Shown: positions 1 through 11,070, counted from the first letter of the stretch. The stretch: 64,000 nt of DNA from an uncultured Thermoleophilia bacterium (GCA_963736945.1 CAVTQW010000009.1:199201-263200), one strand, 5' to 3'. The notes: generated by a model from the sequence alone, not told the origin. Made by a program: numbers and translations.

Positions 1-232
1 AGGCGACGAACGCGTCGCGGTCGGGGAAGACCAGTTCTGTCACGACGTCGAAGTCGACCGTCTCGTCTTCCCTGTTGAATTCGTCGCCCCGCACGAGATA
101 GTTGCGCTTGTACACAATAGGAGTGGACGCCAAGCTGAGAACCAACGGCACGTGGTTGCTCTCGTAGTACTCGATGAACGCTTCCGTCTCGATGTCTTCC
201 CTCTTGGTGAGGAAGGCGAATACCTTCAGCAT
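1..232 (-). CDS. EthD-family dimeric alpha/beta-barrel protein (runs off window edge)
   Basis: Hand translation MLKVFAFLTKREDIETEAFIEYYESNHVPLV...DFDVVTELVFPDRDAF fits the EthD F-x-x-YY-x-x-x-H pattern. Confidence 0.75.
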   Translation of the reverse strand, partial: MLKVFAFLTKREDIETEAFIEYYESNHVPLVLSLASTPIVYKRNYLVRGDEFNREDETVDFDVVTELVFPDRDAFVA

Positions 233-309
233 GTCATTGCTCCTCACGGGTTGACGCCCGGCAAATGGTATCCCCGTCCGCCCTGACAATCTGGAGCTTG
301 AAGTGCTGA

Positions 310-1221
310 TCAGCCTTTCACGGCGCCACCCAGTCCGGTGCCGCGCAAGAACGGCCGCTGGAAGATGAGGAATCCGACGATCGGCACGAGACACGCGATG
401 AACATCGCGGCGAGGAAGACGCCGAGCTCGGTCTGCGACTGGATGATCGGGAGACGAACGGAGAGCGGCTGCTTGTCCGGGTTGGAGAGGACGAGGAGCG
501 GCCAGAGGAAGTCCTTCCACGACGCGAGCACGGCAAATACCGACACCACCGCGAGGATGGGCTTCGACATCGGCAGCGCGATCGAGATGAACAGCCGGAA
601 CGGGCCCGCGCCGTCGACGCGCGCCGCTTCGAAGATCTCGCGCGGGAGGTTGTCGAAGAAGCGGGCCACGAGGATGACGCTGAACGCGCTCGCGCCGGCG
701 GGCAACCAGATCGCCCAGTAGCTGTCGACGAACGAGCGGTCGATCAGCGGCGGGTCGACGATCTCGATGTAGAGCGGGACGAGAAGGACGATCGCCGGGA
801 CGAAAAGCGTCAGGAGCAGGAGCGCGCGGACGATGCCCGCATACCACGGCCGGAGCACCGCCAATACAAACCCGCCGGTGGTTGCGACGACGATCTGCAC
901 GGCCCAGGAGCCGAACGCAAGCACGACCGTGTTCCGGAAATACCGGCCGACGTGCACCTCGGTCCAGGCCCTGCTCAGGTTGTCCCACGCGGTTCCGTTC
1001 GGGAAGAGTGAGATCGGGTTGCTCAGCGTGTCGGCGGTCGGCGTGACGGCGGACTTGGCGAGCCATAGGATCGGGCCGAGGCCGAGGACGAGCAGCCCGA
1101 CGAGGAGGAGCAGCTGTAGCGAGCCGACGCCCCACTTGACGCGACGCGCGTTCCACTCGGCGGCTGAGATGAAGCCGCCGCCGCGTCTGTCGGTCGCGGT
1201 GCGAGTTCGTCGTCGGATCAT
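310..1221 (-). CDS. Carbohydrate ABC transporter permease (MalG-like)
   Basis: EAARVDGAG EAA motif, TM helices; ATG overlaps the upstream TGA (ATGA) at 1218-1221. Confidence 0.9.
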   Translation of the reverse strand: MIRRRTRTATDRRGGGFISAAEWNARRVKWGVGSLQLLLLVGLLVLGLGPILWLAKSAVTPTADTLSNPISLFPNGTAWDNLSRAWTEVHVGRYFRNTVVLAFGSWAVQIVVATTGGFVLAVLRPWYAGIVRALLLLTLFVPAIVLLVPLYIEIVDPPLIDRSFVDSYWAIWLPAGASAFSVILVARFFDNLPREIFEAARVDGAGPFRLFISIALPMSKPILAVVSVFAVLASWKDFLWPLLVLSNPDKQPLSVRLPIIQSQTELGVFLAAMFIACLVPIVGFLIFQRPFLRGTGLGGAVKG

Positions 1222-2150
1222 CCCGTGCTCCACGAGCGCGTGAGGCGCATGTAGACGAGCGAGAACAGGGCGAGAAAAGCGGCCAGCATCAGGCTCAGTG
1301 CGGCAGCGCTGCCGTAGTCGCCGCCGAGCGAGTTCGCGAACGCGTAGTTGTAGATCAGAAGCAGCACCGTGATCGTGGCGTTGTTCGGCCCCCCCGAGGT
1401 GAAGAGGTACGGCTCGAGGAACACCTGCGCCGTCGCGATGATCTGCAGGATCATCGTCACGAGCAACACCCCGCGGAGCTGCGGCATCGTGATGTGCCAG
1501 ACCTTCCGCCAGAGCGACGCACCGTCGACCGACGCGGCCTCGTAGAGCTCCCCATTCACGCTGGTCAGAGCGGCGAGGTAGATGATGACCGTCGCGCCCG
1601 CGTTCGCCCAGGTCGCCTCCAGCACGAGCGACGGCATCGCCATGCCGGCCGACTGCAGCCATGGGTAGGGACCGAGGCCGACCCAGCCGAGCACGGTGTT
1701 GAAGACGCCGGCCGAGCTGCCGTCGTAGAACGTCTTCCAGAGGAGGACGGCGACGACCGGCGGGATGACGACGGGAAGGTAGACGAGGGTCGCGTAGATC
1801 CCTCGGACGCGGCGCAGCTCGCTCATCAGGACGGCCGCAGCGAGCGGGATGGGGTAGCCGATGAGGATCGCGAGGAGCGCGAAGTACGCGGTGTTCTTGA
1901 TCGCAATCGGGAGCAGCGGGTCTTCGAGGACGGTGCGGAAGTTGTCGAGCCCGACCCACGTCGGCGCGTCCACGAGGTTCGTGGACTGGAACGACATGAT
2001 CACCGTCTTCAGGATCGGGTACCACGAGAACGCCCCGAAGATGAGGAGCGTGGGCAGGATGAGCAGCAGCGTCGTGAGACCGCCGTTCCGAGCCCACGTC
2101 AGCGGCGTTCGGCGCGGCCGGTGCCTCAGCGACGGCCCCATGCAGGCCAA
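1218..2150 (-). CDS. Carbohydrate ABC transporter permease (MalF-like)
   Basis: WVGLDNF and ELYEAASVDGAS motifs, TM helices. Confidence 0.9.
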   Translation of the reverse strand: MACMGPSLRHRPRRTPLTWARNGGLTTLLLILPTLLIFGAFSWYPILKTVIMSFQSTNLVDAPTWVGLDNFRTVLEDPLLPIAIKNTAYFALLAILIGYPIPLAAAVLMSELRRVRGIYATLVYLPVVIPPVVAVLLWKTFYDGSSAGVFNTVLGWVGLGPYPWLQSAGMAMPSLVLEATWANAGATVIIYLAALTSVNGELYEAASVDGASLWRKVWHITMPQLRGVLLVTMILQIIATAQVFLEPYLFTSGGPNNATITVLLLIYNYAFANSLGGDYGSAAALSLMLAAFLALFSLVYMRLTRSWSTG

Positions 2151-2221
2151 CCGTCGCAGCCGCGCGGAGTCCTGCTCTCTTCCGGAATGACGTCCACCGC
2201 ACCCAATGCTGCCTCCTGTGA

Positions 2222-2267
2222 GCGGTCGCTCGGGTGGGCGGCGTCGGCCCGCCCACCCGAGGGCCGC
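2222..2267 (-). terminator. GC-rich stem-loop directly after the sugar-binding protein gene
   Basis: Inverted repeat ctcgggtgggcgg / ccgcccacccgag. Confidence 0.6.
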
Positions 2268-2277
2268 GGGTGCTACG

Positions 2278-3652
2278 TCAGCGCCTCATCAGGTCCTGCG
2301 CGGCGGTGTTCGCCTGTTGGAGGAGCTGAGTGATGTTCGCGTTCCGATCGGTGAGCACCGCCTGCACGACGGTGTCGAGGGAGTGGTACACGGCCTGCGT
2401 CGCGACCGCGGGCTCCGGGACGAGCGTCTGCCCGAAGATACGGCTGGTGAACGGCTTCATCTGCGCCTCGGGAACGTTGATGTACGGCTTGATCCACGTG
2501 TTCGCGAGGTCGTACTGCGTCTTGTTGAAGAGCGGCAGCGCCGGGACGCCGACGGGTTGCTTGTTCGCAACGAGCGACTGAGCGTTGCGAATCGCCTGCG
2601 ACTTCGTGACGAGCTTCCGCACGTAGTAGAAGTCGATCCACTTGACGGCCGCGGCCTTGGCCGCCGCGTTCGCGTCCGGCCGCACGGCGACGAGCGTGCC
2701 GCCGCCGAGCACTCCGGCGGTCTTGCTCTTCGCGACCGGAATCGTCGTGACGCCGTACACGCTCGGGTCGATGTTGCTCGCCTGGACGAGATTCGTGTAG
2801 ACGTCCGAGCCACTGATGTACATGCCGACGTTGCCGGCGGCGAACGCCTGGTTGATGTCGCTCCAGCCGTAGTCGAAGTTCGAGCCCATCGAGTTGTCAG
2901 TCCAGCGCATCGTCTTCAGAAGGTTCAGCGCCGTGACCGTCTGCGGATTGTCGAGCGTGGCTCGTGCGGAGGTGCCGCTCCCGGCCTCCATGCGACCGCC
3001 GAGCGAGTACGTCACCGTCGTCAGGATCCAGCCGGCGGTGTTGTCGGCCTTGCCCATCTGCAGGTAGCCGGCCTTGCCCGTCCGCTCGGCGATCTGCTTC
3101 GCGTACGCGCGGATCTGCGCCCACGTCGTCGGTGGCTTGTTCGGGTCGAGGCCCGCCTGTGTGAACAGCTTCCGGTTGTAGTGGAGGGCCTGCGCGTAGG
3201 CGCCCTTCGGCAGTGCGACAATCTTGCCCTTCGTCGTCGTCGCCTCCGCCAGCACCGCCGGGTTGCAGCTTCGAGAAGTACGGGAGCGCCTTGATCTCGC
3301 TGGTCAGATCCGCAAGCTGCCCCCGCTCGCCGAGCGTCCTCGCGTCGGTGAACGGCACCTCGAATACGGTCGGCAGCGTCCGGGCGGCGAGCTTCGCGGC
3401 GAAGGTCGGCCCGGTCCACTGATACTCGACCGGCTTCACCTTGATGCTCGGGTTGGCCTTCTCGAACTGCGCGACCTGGTTCTGGAACTCCTTGACGGCC
3501 GCGGGCGTGCTGCCCGGGATCAGCGACGCCACGCTGATCGTGACCGTCGCCTGGCTCGAGCTGCTCTTCGCGGACGCCCCTGCAACGACACACGCCGCCA
3601 GCAGGCTCGTCACGACGACGGCGACGGTAGCGATCCTGCGAGTGGACTTCAT
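2278..3652 (-). CDS. Sugar ABC extracellular solute-binding protein (frameshift near 3265)
   Basis: Signal peptide MKSTRRIATVAVVV in ORF 2897..3676 continues into ORF 2278..3255 (ALHYNRKLF, PPTTW motifs). Confidence 0.85.
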
Positions 3653-3708
3653 CGTCCTACCCCTTTCCTGTTGCACGAGGCCGTGGCCTCGTGCAGATCG
3701 TCGTTGAC

Positions 3709-5378
3709 CTACTGCGATGAGTCCGGCCGGTGGAGCCAGACGGTCGTGTCGGCTGGGAGCGCACCTCCTTCCAACTCATCGCTGGCGATGAGCACGTCGG
3801 CGCCCTCTGGAAGAGACGCCGGCTCAGGGCCGAAGTTGACGAAGCAGCTGAAGCGCTCGCCCCGCGAGAATGCGAGCACCGACGGGGCGGAGGGAACCCA
3901 TTGGAACGCGCCGTCTTCCCACGGGGCGGCTCGGCGAAAGCGGAGTCCGGTGCGGTACAGCGAGAGCATCGATGCCGCCTGCTCCGACTGGGCGGCGACG
4001 GTCAGCTGCGGCCCATCCGACGGGTGGGTCGAGCCACGGTATCGCGTCGCCGTTGCTGAAGCCGTACGGCGGGGAGTCGCCCTCCCAGGGGATCGGGATC
4101 CGGCACCCGTCCCGGCCCGGGTCGAGGCCACCGGAGCGGTGCCACATCGGATCCTGACGGCGGTCGTGCGGGATGTCCTCGACCTCGGGGAGGCCGAGCT
4201 CCTCGCCCTGGTACACGTAGAGGGAGCCCGGAAGCGCCATGGCGAGCAAGGCGGCGGCGCGGGCCCTGCGGGTTCCGCGCTGTCAGGTCGGTCGGCGTTC
4301 CCTCCCGCTTCGACTCGAACGAGAACGACGTGTCGGCTCGCCCGTACCGAGTCACGGGTCTCGTCACGTCGTGGTTCGACAGCACCCACGTCGGCGGGGC
4401 ATCGACAGGAGCGTGCAAGGCCAGGGTCGATTCGATCGACTCCCGCAAGCGTGCCGGCTCCCACGGGCAGGACAGGAAGTCGAAGTTGAACGCGGTGTGC
4501 ATCTCGTCCGGGCGCAGAGTACCGCACGAGACGCCCGGCGTCGGCGAGCCACACCTCGCCGACCAGCACGCGTGGCTCGGCGTAGCCGTCCGCGATCGCG
4601 CGCCAGCGGCGATAGATGTCGTGGAGCTCGTCGCGATCCATGAACGGATGGCGTCCGTTCGCCGTTCTCGAGCTCGAGCTCGGGAAGCACGGGGTCCTTC
4701 ACCAGGAGGGCGGCCGAGTCGACGCGGACGCCTGCGACACCTCGGTCGAACCAGAAGCGGAGGATCTCCTCGTGCTCGGCCCAGACGTCGGGATGGGTCC
4801 AGTTGAGATCGGGCTGCTCGGGCGCGAACAAGTGCAGATACCACTCGCCGTCCTCCGACCCGCGTCCACGCGGAGCCGCCGAAGATCGACTGCCAGCCGT
4901 TGGGCGCGCTCGCGCCGTCCGGACCGGATCCCGGCCGGAACCAGAACCGTTCCCGGGACGGCGACCCCGGCGGCGATGCAAGCGCCTCGCGGAACCAGTC
5001 GTGCTGGTCCGAAACGTGATTCGGCACGACGTCGACGATCGTCCGCATCCCGAGCTCGCGGGCCTCTGCGATCAAGGATCCTCGGCGTCCTCGAGCGTGC
5101 CGAACGCCGGGTCGATCGCGCGGTAGTCGACGACGTCGTAGCCCGCGTCGGCGAGCGGCGACGGATACCACGGGTTGAACCAGAGCGCGTCCACGCCGAG
5201 CGCGCGTAGGTATGGCAGGCGTGCCCGAACACCCGCCAGGTCGCCGACGCCGTCGCCGTTCCCGTCGGCGAAGCTCCGGACGTACACCTGGTAGACGACC
5301 GCATCGCGCCACCACTCGCCGTGGCCGTTCGCGCTCCCCGCTGTGCGGCGCCGTCGCCGCCCGTTCGATCTGCGTCAT
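3709..5378 (-). CDS. GH13 alpha-glucosidase/oligo-1,6-glucosidase (several frameshifts)
   Basis: Fragments in successive frames: YVRSFADGNGDGVGDL, DVVPNH, WYLHLFAPEQPDLNW, GVRVDS, LVGEVW, WVLSNHD, YQGEELGL. Confidence 0.88.
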
Positions 5379-5407
5379 CGCGCCGGGACGATGGCAGAGT
5401 TAACAGG

Positions 5408-5465
5408 TCGTTGCAAGAGATCAACTCAATCTGCGCAGATTTCGCACAAATTTCGCAAGATTTCT
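5408..5465. promoter_or_regulatory. Putative LacI/MalR-type operator cluster upstream of the GH13 gene
   Basis: AT-rich patch with ttgcaaga, palindrome tctgcgcaga and ttcgcaaga; similar cttgcgcaag upstream of the LacI gene near 6511. Confidence 0.45.
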
Positions 5466-5486
5466 ACAATTGACGCCGAGTCGCGG

Positions 5487-6492
5487 TCAGGCAGGTGCCG
5501 CGGCGGTCGATCCGCGGGCGACCATCTCAGGCTCGAAGAACAGCTCGTCGGCGGAGACCGACGAGCCCTCGATCTGGCCCACGAGCATCTCGACCGCGGC
5601 ACGTCCGATCGCCTCGATCGGCTGTCGCACGGTCGTCAACGGCGGGTCGGTGCAGCTCATGAAGGCGGAGTCGTCGTAGCCGATCACCGAGAGCTGCTCG
5701 GGTACCGTGAGGCCACCTCGGCGCGCGGCTCGGATCGCGCCCAGCGCGAGTGGGTCGCTCGCGCAGATGATCCCGGTGACACCGTGCACGATCAGTCGCG
5801 ATGCCGCTGCATGACCACCCTCGAGCGAGAAGCGCGTGCGCTCGACGAGCTCCGCGCGGTAGGACCGCCCGGCCTCCTGCTGTCGCGCGCTCGAACGCGG
5901 CCAGCTTCCGCCGCGACGGCACGTGGTCGGGCGGCCCGAGGATCAGGCCGATGCGCTCGTGCCCGAGATAGGAGAGGTGCGCGTACGCCTGCTCCATCGC
6001 GACCGCGTCGTCGGTCGAGACGCGAGGGAAGTCGAGGTGGTCTGCCGCCGCGTTGACGAGAACGACCGGGAGGCGTAGCTTCAGCAGCCGCGTGTAGTGC
6101 TCGTGGGACGCGTCCGCCTCCGCGTACTGGCCGCCGGCGAAGATCATCCCCGAGACCTGTCGGTCGAGGAGCATCTCGACGTACTCGGCCTCCGACATGC
6201 TGCCCGTCCGCGTGCAGAGGACCGCGTTGAAGCCTCGCTGCGCGAGCGCTCCGGCGACGACTTCCGCGAAGGCCGGGAAGATCGGGTTCTGGAGCTCGGG
6301 GACGACGAGGCCGACCATCCGCGCGCGGCGCGGGCGCAGGTGCGTCGGCCGGTCGTAGCCGATCACATCCAGCGCCGTGAGGACAGCCGCACGCGTCGCT
6401 TCCGACACGCCCGGCTTCCCGTTGAGGACACGACTCACGGTCGCCTCGCTCACAGCCGCCTGTCTGGCGATGTCCACAAGCCTTCCAGCCAT
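5487..6492 (-). CDS. LacI-family transcriptional regulator (frameshifted)
   Basis: LVDIARQAAVSEATVSRVLN HTH; C-terminal PEQLSVIGYDD..PPLTTVRQP in a second frame. Confidence 0.9.
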
Positions 6493-6583
6493 GTTGCAAT
6501 TCTATGACAGACTTGCGCAAGAACTGCAAACACAGTGACCGTTCTTGTTCCATGCGCTTCGGGCCCGTGTTAGCTCTGCGGGG

Positions 6584-8326
6584 TCACAGCCTGCTCGATC
6601 GCTGCGGCAGCTTCTCCGCTGGGCTGCCGGTTGGCTGCGTATGTCGTTCGCCGGCGAGCACCTGCATCAGGAACCGGACTGCCATCGCACCGTCGCCGAC
6701 GGCGCCCGCAACACGGTTCGACGCGCCCGCGCGGACGTCGCCGGCTGCGAATACCCCGGGCCGAACGGTTTCGAGGAGGTGCGGCTCGCGGTCGGTCAGC
6801 GGCCAGGCGAGATGGCCCTGGCAGCCTGCCGCACTCTCTCCGCAGAGCAGGAAGCCGCCGTCGTCGACGGCCAGGATGCCGGTGGCGGCCTCGCTGCAGG
6901 GGTTCCCGCCGATCATCACGAACACGGCCGCGGCGGGGACCTGTTCGACGCTGCCGTCGCGTCGGTCGCGCAGGGTCACCGATTCCACGGTGGCGGTGCC
7001 GTGCACCGCGATCAGCTCTGTTTCCGTGATCACGTCGATCCGCGGCGATCGCTTGATGCGGTCGAGGAGGTAGTGCGACATCGTCGACTTGAGTGACGTG
7101 CCCCTCACGACGATCCGGACGCTGCGTGCGCGGGTGGCGAGGCTCGCGGCTGCCTGCCCGGCCGAGTTGCCGCCGCCGACCACGACCACGTCCTCGTCGC
7201 GGCAGCGCTCGGCGTCGGTGGCCATCGCCGCGTGGTAGACACCTGCGCCCCGGAAGCGCTCGATGCCCTCGGCGGCGAGCTCGCGCCAGCGGGCGCCGGT
7301 CGCCATCACGAGCGAGCGGGCGAGCACGTGTTGGCCGTCGTCGAGGTCGACCCGTATGAGACCCTCGGTCCCGTCGGCCAGCTCGACCGCGCGGTGGAAG
7401 CTCGACAGGACGGCGTCGAAGCGGCGCGCCTGCAGTGTGGCCTTGCGCGTCAGCTCCGTTCCCGAGACGCCGGTGGGAAAGCCGAGGTAGTTCTCGATCC
7501 GTGTGCTCGTGCCGGCCTGGCCGCCCGGTGCCCAGGCCTCGGCGACGAAGGTGCTCAGCCCCTCCGAGCCGCCGTACACGGCGCTCGCCAGCCCGGCCGG
7601 CCCGGCGCCGAGCACGACGAGGTCGAACCGCTCGCCGTCTACCTCGGCCCGCAGTTCCAGGGAGCGCGCGACCTGGGCGGCGGATGGGTTGCGCATCACC
7701 TGGGTGGCGTGCACGAGAACAGGCGTCTCCGAGCGCGGGATGTCGAGCCAGTCGAGCAGTGCCGCGCTCTCGGCGTCCGTGTCGACGTCGTACCAGCGCA
7801 CCGGCAGCAGGTTGCGCTCCAGCAGGTCGCGCACCTCGAACGCGCGGCGCGCGTTGCGCGGCGCGATGAGCCGCATCAGGCCGTGACCCTCCGACTCGCT
7901 CCACGCGCGCCGCGCGAGGAGCGTGCCGAAGATGTGCTCGCCGAACTCCGGCCAGCGCGCGACGAGCTTGCGCAGCCCGGCACGGTCGAACATGATCACG
8001 TCCGTCTGCTCGACCGCGACGCAGGCGTTGATCGTCGGCTCACCGGTGAACATCGCGATGTCGCCGATGAACGTGCGGCCGTCGGCCTGGGCGATGTAGA
8101 CGTCCTTGCCGGGCTTGCGGTCGATGAACTCGACGAGGCCCCCCTCGATCACGTAGAAGGGCGCGTCACGAACCGCGTGCTCGTAGAGCACCTCGCCGGG
8201 CAGAAACGTGCGCCGCTCGCCCCGCTCGGCAAACCACTCCAGCTTTGCGTCCGAAAGCCGCGGAAAAAGCACCTCATCGTCGAGGTCAGGAAACCGCTCG
8301 CTCCGAACCACCTTCGTGGCAGCCAC
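6584..8326 (-). CDS. Cyclic-nucleotide-binding domain fused to thioredoxin-reductase-like FAD oxidoreductase
   Basis: N-terminal cNMP domain (FLPGEVLY..FYVIEGG..FIGDIAMF); GAGPAG, IENYLGFP, VGGGNSAGQ, PGVFAAGDVR. Confidence 0.85.
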   Translation of the reverse strand: MAATKVVRSERFPDLDDEVLFPRLSDAKLEWFAERGERRTFLPGEVLYEHAVRDAPFYVIEGGLVEFIDRKPGKDVYIAQADGRTFIGDIAMFTGEPTINACVAVEQTDVIMFDRAGLRKLVARWPEFGEHIFGTLLARRAWSESEGHGLMRLIAPRNARRAFEVRDLLERNLLPVRWYDVDTDAESAALLDWLDIPRSETPVLVHATQVMRNPSAAQVARSLELRAEVDGERFDLVVLGAGPAGLASAVYGGSEGLSTFVAEAWAPGGQAGTSTRIENYLGFPTGVSGTELTRKATLQARRFDAVLSSFHRAVELADGTEGLIRVDLDDGQHVLARSLVMATGARWRELAAEGIERFRGAGVYHAAMATDAERCRDEDVVVVGGGNSAGQAAASLATRARSVRIVVRGTSLKSTMSHYLLDRIKRSPRIDVITETELIAVHGTATVESVTLRDRRDGSVEQVPAAAVFVMIGGNPCSEAATGILAVDDGGFLLCGESAAGCQGHLAWPLTDREPHLLETVRPGVFAAGDVRAGASNRVAGAVGDGAMAVRFLMQVLAGERHTQPTGSPAEKLPQRSSRL

Positions 8327-8734
8327 ACACGGAGGCTACCCGCCCCTTACGCCGGCGGTACGAGGAGGCGGAACCGATGCTGAGCGGGCTACTTCGCGAT
8401 GATCGGCGTCGTGTTGGACTTCCTCAGTTGGCCGACCTCGACGAGCGTGGTCTCGGGCGTGGCGATGCGGTCGCCGCATGTCCGCAGCCGTCCGCGCGGC
8501 CGCCGCGACGATCTGACCCAGAGCTGGTCGAGCGGATGCGACAACTGGTGACGGTGCGGTTCGCCGCACCCGAAGACACGTGCGAACCTCACGTTCAGGC
8601 TTCCTCGGGCCTGCGACTCTGGTGAGTCATCTCAGCGGCGCGGCGAGAGACGCTCAGGCTGGCCGCGGCCCGCGAATGAGCGGCGGCTGCAGGGCAAGGA
8701 CGACCAGCTGGACGCTGTCCGGGCGGCCCGGACG

Positions 8735-9085
8735 GTGCTCGCCAGCGAGACGCCGGCATTGCCACGCGAAGGGCAACAACGGGAGGCTTTGCGGCTGCTG
8801 ATGGTCGCCCGCCGCAGCGCCGTCGATGTTCGTCGAGAAGCGCTCGTGCAGCTACGCAGCGTGATCGTGACCGCACCTGACGAGCTCCGCAGCGAGCTGC
8901 GGGAGCTACCTGTGGGGCGGCTGATCGAGGGTGCAGCCGCTTCCGCCGCTCGAGCTCACGCACCCTGACGCGCAGGCCACGACGCTCGTGCTGCGCACCC
9001 TCGCCCGCCGCGTCCAGGCCGCAACCCTCGAAGCAGCGGAACTCCAGACCGAGATCCTCACCCACGTGCGGCGCTCGCACCCAGG
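8735..9085 (+). mobile_element. IS110-family transposase internal remnant
   Basis: REALRLLMVARRSAV..QLRSVIVTAPDELR and LRTLARRVQ..EAAEL resemble the IS110 middle region; both ends missing. Confidence 0.6.
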
Positions 9086-9114
9086 TTGCTCACGAGCGGC
9101 TCGGCGATCGCGGC

Positions 9115-9732
9115 ATGTCTCCGATCACGATCGACGAAGCGCTCCGCTCGGGGCAGCGAACCGTCCGGCTCGTCGAACCGGCCACCTCGGTGCTGATGGT
9201 GAAGCAGCGAGTGGGACCGACCACTGTCGCCTCCCGATTAGGTCTGACCAGCGGCGAGTTCTGGGTTGATGCGTGCGGTGGTCTGGGATTCGAGTTCGCG
9301 CTCGACCCGAAGGACATCCTCAGGATGCGGGACGAGGATCTGCGCCTGCATGGTCTCCTGGGAGGGCTCGCGACGCTCGGGCCGACGATCCGCTTCGAAT
9401 CAGCGAGTGTCGACGCGTCTTCGGCCCGTGTGCTGGCCGATGGGCTGGTGCTGTTCGGGGGACAACGCTCGCCAGCCGAGCTCGAGATCGGCGCACAGCT
9501 TCGCGACGGAGCGCTCGATCTCGCTGCGACCACGGCGCTGGATCAGAGGAGCCTCGGCTTCGACTGGCTTGGGATGGGCTATCCGGAGGCACCGACGCGG
9601 CTGGACGTGCAGGCGCGCCTCGTCCGGAGTGCGCGCCCGGCAGTGCACGCATCGACACAGTCACACGAGCCGCATCCGTTCGTCGGTCGGTACCGGTTCA
9701 TGGCGAGAAGAACGCGACCGAGCGCCGCCTGA
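9115..9732 (+). CDS. Hypothetical protein, possibly YceI-like beta-barrel
   Basis: Spacing of RDEDLR, PTIRFES and TTALDQRSLGFDW resembles YceI RD-HL / P-I-F-S / idR-dfG motifs. Confidence 0.4.
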   Translation: MSPITIDEALRSGQRTVRLVEPATSVLMVKQRVGPTTVASRLGLTSGEFWVDACGGLGFEFALDPKDILRMRDEDLRLHGLLGGLATLGPTIRFESASVDASSARVLADGLVLFGGQRSPAELEIGAQLRDGALDLAATTALDQRSLGFDWLGMGYPEAPTRLDVQARLVRSARPAVHASTQSHEPHPFVGRYRFMARRTRPSAA

Positions 9733-9937
9733 CCCTCGCACGCGACGACCATCGACACGATCTCCTCGCGGAACCTCTCGGCTCAATCCCCATGGGCGGA
9801 TTGACTTCGATGGGGTGTCGAAGCGTCAGATCGAAGAGACGGTGAAGCAGTCGGTGGACGAGCTCGATCCGCGCTTCGAGGACTTCGTCCCCGCGCTCGC
9901 CGACCGGCGATCACGCGCACACACGTTGTGCTCGTTG

Positions 9938-10996
9938 CTAACGCGACGGTGCCTGGGCGGTGGTCTGCCGTACGACGAGGTCGGTTGGGAGGATGAGCCG
10001 TCGCTGCTCCGGTAGCGGCTGCCTGCGCTCGATCGCCTCGACGAGCCACTCGGCGGCGACGCGGCCCTTCTCTTCGTGGGGCTGGGCCACGGTGGTCAGT
10101 GCGGGCGTCGCGAGCGTGGCGGCGGGGCTGTCGTCGAAGCCGACGACAGAGAGCTCCGTGGGGACGTCGACGCCGAGCTCGGCGGCTGCCTGGAGGGCGC
10201 CGAGTGCAAGGACGTCGCTCATTGCGAGAATCGCCGTTGGCGGCTTGTCGCTCTGGAGAAGCTCGAGGGCCGCGCGTCGCGCGGGCTCGGGGGCGTTAGG
10301 GCGGACGGGGCGGACGGCCCGTTCATTCCACGCGGAGCCGAGCCCGTCCTTGTAGCCGGCGAGTCGTTCGGTGCTCAGGAAGAGCCCGAGCCTGCCTTCG
10401 GCGTCCAATGCGGTAACGAACGTGAGCACCCCGACGTGCTCGTGCCCGAGCTCGCGCACGTACTGCGCGGCCGTTCGTGCCGCCGCCCGGTCGTCGATCC
10501 CCACGAACGGCGTCGGGAGGTCGCGGGGCTGGTCGACGGTGACGACCGGTACGTGACGGTCGAGTGCCGCCTCCACGCGCGGATCGTTCTGCGCCGCCGA
10601 GTAGATGACGAAGCCATCGACTGCAGCCGTGCGCACCGTCTCCGCCGTCGTGTCGCGGAAGCGGGAGTCCGGGACGAGCAGCAAGCCGAACGCCGACCCC
10701 TCGATGCCCTCCGCGAGACCGCTGAGGAACAGGGGAGACGCCGGGTCCGTGAACTGGTAGCGCAGGCGCTCGGAGAAGATGACGCCGAGCGCGCCCGCTT
10801 GTCCCAGGCGCAGACGTCGTGCGGCCGGGTCCGGCCCGCTGTAGCCGAGGGTCCTTGCCGCGGCCAGCACACGCTCGCGCACCTCTTCGGAAACGAGCTC
10901 CGGCCGGCCGAACGCCTGCGAGGCGCTGCCGACCGAAACGCCAGCTTGGGCCGCGACGTCGCGGAGCCGCACGCGCTTGCGATCGCCAGGCGCCAT
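9938..10996 (-). CDS. LacI-family transcriptional regulator
   Basis: LRDVAAQAGVSVGSASQAF HTH; VPTELSVVGFDD..PALTTVAQP. Confidence 0.92.
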   Translation of the reverse strand: MAPGDRKRVRLRDVAAQAGVSVGSASQAFGRPELVSEEVRERVLAAARTLGYSGPDPAARRLRLGQAGALGVIFSERLRYQFTDPASPLFLSGLAEGIEGSAFGLLLVPDSRFRDTTAETVRTAAVDGFVIYSAAQNDPRVEAALDRHVPVVTVDQPRDLPTPFVGIDDRAAARTAAQYVRELGHEHVGVLTFVTALDAEGRLGLFLSTERLAGYKDGLGSAWNERAVRPVRPNAPEPARRAALELLQSDKPPTAILAMSDVLALGALQAAAELGVDVPTELSVVGFDDSPAATLATPALTTVAQPHEEKGRVAAEWLVEAIERRQPLPEQRRLILPTDLVVRQTTAQAPSR

Positions 10997-11016
10997 TGGC
11001 CCAGCGTAGCGCAAGG

Positions 11017-11053
11017 TGAACCGATTCAGGTAGAGTAGCTCTGAACCGATTCA
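11017..11053. promoter_or_regulatory. Tandem LacI-type operators TGAACCGATTCA x2
   Basis: Identical 12-mers at 11017-11028 and 11042-11053, near-palindromic with central CG, in the divergent promoter region. Confidence 0.75.
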
Positions 11054-11070
11054 GAAAGGTAGGAAGCACG

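Noticed and set aside
310-2256. 648-aa ORF as a single protein; likewise 26711..28810 and 42867..45176
   Set aside because: Only part of each is coding; the rest is out-of-frame overlap with a neighbouring gene
3250-5100. Programmed frameshifting in the sugar operon
   Set aside because: Too many shifts, no slippery sites recognised; sequencing indels are simpler
8600-9090. Active IS110 with bridge RNA
   Set aside because: Only an internal transposase scrap; catalytic domains and element ends are missing
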